Of a stretch of DNA of 64,000 nucleotides, positions 7,736 through 14,214 are shown piece by piece. Each line of letters starts with the position of its first letter. Positions within the stretch are counted from its first letter, which is position 1. Below the pieces are notes generated by a model. The model was not told the origin of the DNA, searched no databases, and saw only the letters and a program-made list of their open reading frames with translations. This DNA comes from Collinsella sp. (GTDB lineage: Bacteria > Actinomycetota > Coriobacteriia > Coriobacteriales > Coriobacteriaceae), in contig DBEWRE010000003.1 of NCBI GenBank assembly GCA_048207125.1, positions 3,846 through 67,845 of the forward strand, written 5' to 3'. The position numbers and the translations under genes were made by a program.

Positions 7736-8791
7736 CTAGATAACGAAGAGGATCACCGCCATGAACTGGAGCACGCTGCCGGCCAGCACCCACAGGTGCC
7801 ACACGCTATGCATGTAGCGGATGCGTTTGGCCACGTAGAACGCCGTGCCCGCGGTGTAGCACAGGCCGCCGGCAAGCAGCAGGCCGATGCCGATGGGGTT
7901 GAGCGCGCGCAGCAGCTGCGGAAGCCGGAACACCACCAACCACCCCATGATGAGGTAGATGAGGATGGTGACCCATTTGGGCTGGCGTTCGCGCCCTATG
8001 AGCTCGAACAGGATGCCGGCGATGGCGAGGACCCATATCGCTACAAACATGGGGAAGCCGCCATAATCCGCCAGCGTCACCAGCAAAAACGGCGTATAGG
8101 TGCCAGCGATGAGTAGGTAGATGCCGCTGTGGTCGAACACGCGGAACACCAACTTGGCGCCGCGCGCGGGGATAGCATGGTACAGGGTGGAGAACAGGTA
8201 CTCCAGGATGATGGTGATGCCGTAGACAATGCCCGCCGCCATCGAAGCGGAGTGCGCGGGCGCCACGGCCGCCTTGACTATCAGCAGCACCAGCGCGGCG
8301 ATACCCAACAGCACGCCCACGCCGTGCGTGACGGAGTTGAAGATCTCCTCGCCCACGGTGTAGTGCGGGATACCGTCGTGCGCCTTCGCTTTCTCGAGCG
8401 CGCGGGCGGCGGCGGTCTTGGCCGCCTTGGACGCGGCCTTTACGGCGGCCGTCATGGCGGCGTCGCGCACGTCTTTGGACACGCCCTGGTCACGGGCGGC
8501 ATCGAGCAAGTCACGAACATCTGCGAGGACGTCCGGGGCGGTGGCATCGCTGCGGGTGGCGGCGCGCTTGCCGCTGCGGGTGGCAGCGAGCCCGCTAGCG
8601 TTGCCGGTAGCGGCGAGCTGCGAGGGGCCCTCGTCCAAAGACGCGGGGTTTTCGCTGGTATTTAGTTCATCAATGCAGGGGTCTGCACAGCCATCGCTGC
8701 AGGCCGGACCCGCCGCTGCGGACCCGGATGATGATACGGGGGACGCCGCGGTATCTTCCCGCGGCTTGGGACTGTCACTCGAATCTGGCAT
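7736..8791 (-). CDS. hemolysin III / PAQR family membrane protein with long N-terminal extension
   Basis: 351-aa ORF. The C-terminal ~215 aa have 7 TM helices and PAQR hallmarks (EEIFNSVTHGVGVLLG before TM1; HSVWHLWVLAGSVLQF in the last TM). The N-terminal extension is ~135 aa and Ser/Ala/Asp-rich. ATG with GGAGGAA upstream. Confidence 0.85.
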   Translation of the reverse strand: MPDSSDSPKPREDTAASPVSSSGSAAAGPACSDGCADPCIDELNTSENPASLDEGPSQLAATGNASGLAATRSGKRAATRSDATAPDVLADVRDLLDAARDQGVSKDVRDAAMTAAVKAASKAAKTAAARALEKAKAHDGIPHYTVGEEIFNSVTHGVGVLLGIAALVLLIVKAAVAPAHSASMAAGIVYGITIILEYLFSTLYHAIPARGAKLVFRVFDHSGIYLLIAGTYTPFLLVTLADYGGFPMFVAIWVLAIAGILFELIGRERQPKWVTILIYLIMGWLVVFRLPQLLRALNPIGIGLLLAGGLCYTAGTAFYVAKRIRYMHSVWHLWVLAGSVLQFMAVILFVI

Positions 8792-8939
8792 GTGAGCTGT
8801 GATTCCTCCAAAAATCGTTTTTGCATACTATAGCAGAACTGCCTAAAAAGGCAGAAGGATGCACCATTTCTGCGTCCATTTGGGCGCGTTCTTTACCTGC
8901 CGTTTACTCTGGCGCTTACGGCGAGCTCGGCGGCGCTTT

Positions 8940-8994
8940 ACTTGAAAAGCTTGAAAAGCTAAAAAATGCTTGAAAAGCTAAAAGAAGCTTGAAC
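8940..8994. repeat. short tandem motif cluster (A/G)CTTGAA(A/C), three copies as GCTTGAAAAGCT
   Basis: Copies start at 8940, 8949, 8968 and 8987. They sit inside an AT-rich spacer just upstream of the truncated ATPase ORF. Each copy contains the AAGCTT palindrome. Confidence 0.6.
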
Positions 8995-9034
8995 TTCTAA
9001 AACGCAGCAACATTCCCAACAAAGGAGGGTCACC

Positions 9035-9295
9035 ATGCCCGCAGGCAGCGCCTCTCAATCTGACCTAAGATCCCAATACATATCCCGCAACCCCTTCACA
9101 CCCATCTTTGGCCAGGTACCGCCCTATTTTGCGGGACGTGAGAACATCATTGATAACATGATTCTTGCGTTTGACCATCCAAACAACAATCCTGATCGCT
9201 GCTCGCTCTTTGTTGGGGCACGAGGTGCTGGCAAAACGGCCCCGCTCACTTTCATTCCGCGCTCTGCTTACTTCGTCAACGCTCTCATTAGTTAG
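9035..9295 (+). pseudogene. truncated AAA/ORC-like ATP-binding protein (N-terminal fragment only)
   Basis: 86-aa ORF with a strong SD (AAAGGAGGG). The first ~68 aa (ISRNPFTPIFGQVPPYFAGRENIID...FVGARGAGKTA) look like the N-terminus, up to Walker A, of ~400-aa ATP-binding proteins. The frame then stops, and only ~130 nt remain before the next gene's terminator. GC is visibly lower than in flanking DNA. Confidence 0.55.
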
Positions 9296-9322
9296 GGCGC
9301 CAGACAACAGATAATTATCCAG

Positions 9323-9358
9323 CAAAAAGGGCGAGCGCCGGTTAAGACGCCCGCCCTT
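9323..9358 (-). terminator. Rho-independent terminator of the DUF362 gene
   Basis: On the minus strand: AAGGGCGGGCG-loop-CGCTCGCCCTT, an 11-bp stem with 1 mismatch, followed by TTTTGCTGG. It lies 65 nt downstream of the stop at 9423. Confidence 0.6.
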
Positions 9359-9422
9359 AGAAGATTTATCAGCACGCTACCGTTGCCCCAAAAGGCACGT
9401 CGCCGCCCCGAAGGATGCGTGG

Positions 9423-10646
9423 CTACTTAACCTCAATCAGCTCATACTTGCTGGTACCAAGGCCAATCTTCTCGCCATGCTCGATCATGGAACGCCAGTT
9501 GGTGTCCGGATGCGTCATGTTGAAGTGGTCGTGCTGGCAACGCTCGGGCACGCCGCCGGCAGCCTCCAGCTTGTCGCGCATCTCCGTGAGTTCGGTGTTG
9601 GGCATGGCGGGCATCTGCAGCGCCATGTCGATGCAGGCCTGGTCGATCGCGACGGGATCGAAGCTTGCGAACATGCCCATGTCCGGCACGATGGGCGTAT
9701 CGTTTTCGGCATGGCAATCGCAGTTGGGGCTTACGTCCATAGCCAGCGAAATGTGGAACTGCGGACGATCCTGAACGATGGCCTGCGTGTACTCGGCGAT
9801 CTTGTAGTTGAGCACGTCGACCGCGGCATCATAGCCCGGCTTGACAGCGTCCTGGTTGCACGCGCCAATACAGCGGCCGCAGCCCAGGCAGCGGTCGTGA
9901 TCGATGTGGGCGACGGGCGTCTCGACAACCTTGCCGTTCTTAAGCGTGCGCTCACGAGTGGTGGGGAAGCTCACGGCGCCATGCGCACAGATGCGCTCGC
10001 AAGCTCGACAACCGATGCACTTGCCCTCGTCCACATTGGGCTTGCCGGCCGCGTGCTGCTCCATCTTGCCGGCGCGGCTGCCGCCACCCATGCCAAGGTT
10101 CTTCATGCAGCCGCCAAAGCCCGCCTGCTCATGGCCCTTGAAGTGGGTGAGCGAGATGACGATATCGGCGTCCATGAGGGCGTGGCCTATCTTTGCCTCC
10201 TGCACGTACTCGCCGTTCTTGACCGGGACCAAGGTCTCGTCCGTGCCCTTGAGGCCGTCCGCGATGATGACGTGGCAGCCAGTGGCATACGGGGTGAAGC
10301 CGTTTTGGTACGCGCAGTCAATGTGCTCCAGCGCGTTTTTGCGGCTGCCCACGTAGAGCGTGTTGCAGTCCGTGAGGAAGGGCTTGCCGCCCAGCTCCTT
10401 GACCACGTCCACCACGGCGCGCGCGTAATTGGGGCGCAGGAAGGACAGGTTGCCCAGCTCGCCAAAGTGAATCTTGATGGCGACGAACTTATTCTCGAAG
10501 TCAATCTGCTCTATGCCGGCTCGCTTGATGAGGCGCTTGAGCTTGTCCAGCTGGCTCTCTCGGCCGTGCGTGCGCAGGTTGGTGAAATAGACCTTAGCAG
10601 GAACGTCAACGTTGGTTGCGGCGTCAGTTGCGGTGGCATTGGCCAT
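9423..10646 (-). CDS. DUF362 domain protein with two [4Fe-4S] ferredoxin motifs
   Basis: The longest ORF starts at 10688, but the ATG at 10646 has AAGGGAGGG 5 nt upstream (407 aa). DUF362-type N-terminus: KVYFTNLRT, AIKIHFGELGN, KPFLTDCNTLY. Two CxxCxxCxxxC motifs: CIGCRACERIC and CLGCGRCIGAC. Confidence 0.8.
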   Translation of the reverse strand: MANATATDAATNVDVPAKVYFTNLRTHGRESQLDKLKRLIKRAGIEQIDFENKFVAIKIHFGELGNLSFLRPNYARAVVDVVKELGGKPFLTDCNTLYVGSRKNALEHIDCAYQNGFTPYATGCHVIIADGLKGTDETLVPVKNGEYVQEAKIGHALMDADIVISLTHFKGHEQAGFGGCMKNLGMGGGSRAGKMEQHAAGKPNVDEGKCIGCRACERICAHGAVSFPTTRERTLKNGKVVETPVAHIDHDRCLGCGRCIGACNQDAVKPGYDAAVDVLNYKIAEYTQAIVQDRPQFHISLAMDVSPNCDCHAENDTPIVPDMGMFASFDPVAIDQACIDMALQMPAMPNTELTEMRDKLEAAGGVPERCQHDHFNMTHPDTNWRSMIEHGEKIGLGTSKYELIEVK

Positions 10647-10813
10647 GAGGCCCTCCCTTTCACACAGGCATTCAATGGTGTATTCCAATTGTACGACTTG
10701 AAGTCCGCTCTAGCGCAAATGCTGCGGTGGGGTTTTGGGAGCCCCGCGCGATGCTGGTGGCACGGTCGAGCCTTCAAAGAGACTTTTGTTGGTGTCCCGA
10801 TGCAGCCGTCCGC

Positions 10814-11098
10814 GATCGGGTTGGTCAATGAGGGCCACGAAGTGGGTACGCCGCGGTTTATACATTGGCCAAGGCGGGCCGAACGGCTTTTCGCGAGGCC
10901 CCGGCAAAGCCTTCGCGGCTTCATTTTGTGAACACTCGTTAGCTAACAAACTTTTTAGCCTTACCGATTCGCTGCGCCGCCGGGCAAATCGCCTGCCGTG
11001 ACGTTGCTTGGGTGCCGCGGAAGGTGCTCCGGGCGCCGCCCGGGCGCTTCGAGAACCGATTTTTACCCACCTCGTGGCCCTCATTGACCATCCCGAAC
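10814..11098. repeat. pair of ~35-bp imperfect inverted repeats flanking ~215 bp (MITE-like or paired operator)
   Basis: Left arm 10814..10848: GATCGGGTTGGTCAATGAGGGCCACGAAGTGGGTA. The reverse complement of the right arm 11064..11098 is GTTCGGGATGGTCAATGAGGGCCACGAGGTGGGTA. The match is 32/35, with a 26-nt core carrying one mismatch. Confidence 0.6.
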
Positions 11099-11157
11099 GG
11101 GCACGGTTTTTTGCACCCCAAAACGCGTGCATAAAGTTATCTAAAAACCGCAGGTCG

Positions 11158-11193
11158 CAGAAAAAGGGGATGGTTCAACGTGAAACCATCCCC
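11158..11193 (-). terminator. Rho-independent terminator of the hydrogenase operon
   Basis: Perfect 10-bp stem GGGGATGGTT / AACCATCCCC (11166..11175 and 11184..11193) with an 8-nt loop. On the minus strand it is followed by TTTTTCTGC. It lies ~70 nt downstream of the stop at 11266. Confidence 0.65.
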
Positions 11194-11265
11194 TTCGAAA
11201 GCTCTCACGCGCGGGCAAAGCGCGTGGCGGACGCCCGCAAATCCAAGCCAAAGCGTGCCGGCCGG

Positions 11266-11835
11266 CTAATCCGCGGCGTCGCCCACAGCGGCAGCACCGG
11301 CGCCCCCGGCGGCAGCCTCCGCCTCAGCCTTCTTCTTGGCCTCTTTGGCGGCACGGGCGGCGGCCACGCGAGCCTCCTGCTCGGGCGTCAGCTTCGCCTT
11401 GGGTCGCGCAGGCGCTCCGGTGCCCTTTTCCGCCTTGATAGCCTTCTCGCCAGCGGCCGCCTTCGCGGCACCCTTGGCGGGAGCGGGCGCCTCGTCCATT
11501 TCCTTGTGCATCACAATTGCCTCGACATGCGCGGACGCCTCAGGTGGGGTCAGGCCCATGGACAGAGAATCGCGCGGGCATTCTCTAATGCAGTAGCCGC
11601 ATTGGATGCAGCGGTACGGGTTGATGGTCCACGTACCCTCCTTGCGGTTCACCGCCAACGCCTGCACCGGGCAGGCGCGCGTGCACAAACCGCACAGGAT
11701 GCACTCGTCTATGTCGTTCACCACGTGTCCGCGCATAGCGGGATACGGCTCGCGCTTCTCGAACGGATACTGAACGGTCGCCGGCTTGCTAAACAGCGAA
11801 CGCAGCGTCATCTTTCCCAGTTTGAATCCACCCAC
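11266..11835 (-). CDS. group 4 [NiFe]-hydrogenase 2x[4Fe-4S] subunit (EchF / NuoI-like) with Ala/Lys-rich tail
   Basis: 189 aa with a GTG start. The N-terminus ...SLFSKPATVQYPFEKREP resembles EchF/NuoI. Two ferredoxin motifs: CILCGLCTRACP and CIQCGYCIRECP. Residues ~114-189 are a low-complexity Ala/Lys/Glu tail. Confidence 0.85.
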   Translation of the reverse strand: MGGFKLGKMTLRSLFSKPATVQYPFEKREPYPAMRGHVVNDIDECILCGLCTRACPVQALAVNRKEGTWTINPYRCIQCGYCIRECPRDSLSMGLTPPEASAHVEAIVMHKEMDEAPAPAKGAAKAAAGEKAIKAEKGTGAPARPKAKLTPEQEARVAAARAAKEAKKKAEAEAAAGGAGAAAVGDAAD

Positions 11836-11841
11836 GTCGTC

Positions 11842-12936
11842 CTACCTTTCCGTGCAGCTGATGCAGGGGTCGATGGTCAGAATGATCATGGGAACGTCGG
11901 CCACGTCCACGCCCTGCAGGGCGCGCACCATGCCACCCAGGTTCTGCGACGTGGGCGTGCGCAGGCGGAACCGCTCCAGGTACTTGGTGCCGTTGCCGGC
12001 CACGTAGTAAAACGCCTCGCCGCGCGGCTGCTCGATCAGCACGTGTGCGCGAGTTCCCTCGCCGGGCTTCACCTTGGCAAGCGGCGCCTCGCCAATGCCA
12101 TCGTGCGGGATCTTGGCCACCAGCTCCTTGATGATCTCGATGGACTGGAAAATCTCCTCGCAGCGGACCTTGCAACGCGCGTAGCAATCGCCCTCAGTGG
12201 CGATAATGGGCTCAAAGTGCTCCAGGTCGCCGTAGGCGCCAAAGCCGGTAGTACGCATGTCGTGCTCGATACCGGAACCCTTGGCGAACGGACCCACCAT
12301 GGACAGGTCCAGCGCGTCCTCAAAGCTGATATGACCAACGCCGCACAGACGGCTGCGCACCGAATCGTCGTGCAGCATGGTGTTGACCACCTCGCGGTAC
12401 TCAACCTTAAGCTCGTCCAGCTTCTCGCACACGCGGCGAAGCAGCGCGTCGTCGATGTCGTGCGACATGCCTCCCACCATGCAGATGGAAAGAATGATGC
12501 GGCCGCCGCACGTTTCCTGGAAGATATCCAAGATGGTCTCGCGCAGGCGCCAGCAATGGTTGAACAGGCTCTCAAAGCCAAAGCCGTCCGCCAGCAGACC
12601 CAACCACAGAAGGTGGGAGTGGATGCGCGACAGCTCCTGCAAGATACCTCGCAGGTACTCCGCGCGGCGCGGGATCTCTATGCCAAGCAGCTTCTCCGTA
12701 GCGCTGGCGTAGCCGTAACCGTGGCCAAAGCTGCAAATGCCGCACACGCGCTCGGCAACGTAGATGAACTGGTTGTAGTCTCGCTTCTCAACCAGCTTCT
12801 CAAGTCCGCGGTGCACAAAACCAATCTGGGGAATCGCCTCCACCACGTGCTCGTCCTCGACCACCAGGTCAAGATGCACGGGCTCGGGCAGCACGGGATG
12901 CTGGGGGCCAAAGGGCAAAATGGTACGTGTCGCCAT
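11842..12936 (-). CDS. group 4 [NiFe]-hydrogenase large (catalytic) subunit (EchE / NuoD-like)
   Basis: 364 aa; ATG with AAGGAGGGGGAG upstream. N-terminal Ni-Fe ligand motif RVCGICSFGHG (RxCGxCxxxH). The protein ends at the C-terminal motif DPCISCTER (DPCxxCxxR), with no cleavable extension. Confidence 0.9.
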   Translation of the reverse strand: MATRTILPFGPQHPVLPEPVHLDLVVEDEHVVEAIPQIGFVHRGLEKLVEKRDYNQFIYVAERVCGICSFGHGYGYASATEKLLGIEIPRRAEYLRGILQELSRIHSHLLWLGLLADGFGFESLFNHCWRLRETILDIFQETCGGRIILSICMVGGMSHDIDDALLRRVCEKLDELKVEYREVVNTMLHDDSVRSRLCGVGHISFEDALDLSMVGPFAKGSGIEHDMRTTGFGAYGDLEHFEPIIATEGDCYARCKVRCEEIFQSIEIIKELVAKIPHDGIGEAPLAKVKPGEGTRAHVLIEQPRGEAFYYVAGNGTKYLERFRLRTPTSQNLGGMVRALQGVDVADVPMIILTIDPCISCTER

Positions 12937-12938
12937 GC

Positions 12939-13679
12939 TTACTCCCCCTCCTTCTTGTTGTCTTTGGACGAGGAATCTGCGGACGCGGTCTTAACGCCCT
13001 TGGCCGCCAACGCGGCGCGAATCTTCGCGGCTTTCTCGGGATCCATGGCGGCAAGCTTTGCCTCCATCTTCGCAGCGCGGTCTTCGGGCGATGCCGGGGC
13101 GGCCTTCGCGGACTCGGCATCGCGCGGTTCGCCAGACGCTGCGACAGGCGCCGCGGCGTTCACGGCAGCGACTGCAGCGGCATCCGCTTGAGCCGCGGTC
13201 GTGTTCAGCGCGCGCTCGGCGCTCGCGGCCTCGGCGGCCTCGCGAGCTGCCGCAGCTGCCTTGGCGGCCTTTGCCTCCTGCGCCGCCTTGAGCTTAGCGG
13301 CCTTTTCTCGGGCGGCGCGCTGCTCGGGCGAGATGATGGTCATGGGAGACTCCGCAGCCAAGTTGAAGAAGTGCCCGCCAAAGTCCAGCTTCATGTTTAC
13401 AAAACGCACGCCGTACAGGTCATGCGTCTCGTTCTCGTACGAGAACGCGGCGAAGTACATCTCCTGGATCGACGGCACCTTATCGCCCGGCTTCAGCGGC
13501 ACCACCAGATTAAGCGCGTTCTCCATGGTCTCGTCGTAGAAGGTGTAGAGCAGGTCGATGTTATCCTGCGAGTCCTTCTCGGCGCACATCTGCACAAAGC
13601 GAATGCCGTCGTGTTTGAGCGTCTGCACGCGCATCAGAAGGTCAGACAGCGGCGTCTCCACAAACGTAGTGGTATACAT
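12939..13679 (-). CDS. hydrogenase NuoC/EchD-like subunit with long Ala/Lys/Glu-rich C-terminal extension
   Basis: 246 aa. The first ~115 aa are NuoC-like (…FAAFSYENETHDLYGVRF…), and the gene sits between the small and large subunits as in ech/hyc operons. Residues ~117-246 are low complexity (SPEQRAAREKAAKLKAAQEAKAAKA...). Confidence 0.7.
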   Translation of the reverse strand: MYTTTFVETPLSDLLMRVQTLKHDGIRFVQMCAEKDSQDNIDLLYTFYDETMENALNLVVPLKPGDKVPSIQEMYFAAFSYENETHDLYGVRFVNMKLDFGGHFFNLAAESPMTIISPEQRAAREKAAKLKAAQEAKAAKAAAAAREAAEAASAERALNTTAAQADAAAVAAVNAAAPVAASGEPRDAESAKAAPASPEDRAAKMEAKLAAMDPEKAAKIRAALAAKGVKTASADSSSKDNKKEGE

Positions 13680-13689
13680 CTACACTCCC

Positions 13690-14199
13690 CTACTCTTTCG
13701 CACCGGCGGCGCCAGCATCTGCAGCGCCAGCGCACGCATCGGCCGCGGCGTCGACCCCGTTGGCGGGAAGCCCCCGACGCATGCGGTCGGCCTTCTCGTC
13801 CAGAATCTTCACGCCCTGCAGCACCGCGTCGATGATGGTCTCCGGGCGCACGGCACAACCCGGGGCGTACACGTCGACGGGGATCGCCTTATCCACGCCG
13901 CCCAGCACGTTGTAGCACTCGCGGAACACGCCGCCGGTGCAGGCGCACGCTCCGCACGCCACAACCACCTTGGGCTCGAGCATCTGCTCGTAGATGTGCT
14001 TAACCACGTTGATGTTCTGGTGGTTCACGGACCCGGTCACCAAGAAGATGTCCGCGTGCTTGGGATTACCGGTGTTGATGATGCCAAAGCGCTCGATGTC
14101 GTACAGCGGCGTCAGCGAATCGAGCACCTCGATGTCGCAGCCATTGCAGCTCGACCCGTCGTAATGGATCAGCCATGGCGATTTGGATGAGTAGCCCAT
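13690..14199 (-). CDS. group 4 [NiFe]-hydrogenase small subunit (EchC / NuoB-like)
   Basis: ATG at 14199 is preceded by GGAGGTG plus a 6-nt spacer; the track's GTG at 14208 overlaps that SD. NuoB-type Cys ligands: SSCNGCDIE, ACGACACTGG, PGCAVRP. The C-terminus has a short Ala/Asp/Gly tail. Confidence 0.9.
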   Translation of the reverse strand: MGYSSKSPWLIHYDGSSCNGCDIEVLDSLTPLYDIERFGIINTGNPKHADIFLVTGSVNHQNINVVKHIYEQMLEPKVVVACGACACTGGVFRECYNVLGGVDKAIPVDVYAPGCAVRPETIIDAVLQGVKILDEKADRMRRGLPANGVDAAADACAGAADAGAAGAKE

Positions 14200-14214
14200 A
14201 GTTGGCACCTCCTC

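Noticed and set aside
8940-8994. Tandem GCTTGAAAAGCT motifs considered as a CRISPR array
   Set aside because: The units are only ~9-12 nt with 0-10 nt between them. There are no spacer-sized intervals and no cas genes, so it is not a CRISPR.
11008-13191. 727-aa plus-strand ORF across the hydrogenase EchF/EchE/EchD genes
   Set aside because: It is antisense to genes with unambiguous [NiFe] and Fe-S motifs and good SD sequences. The product is low-complexity, so this is a shadow ORF. The same reasoning applies to 14449..15147, 15295..16050 and 16165..17202.
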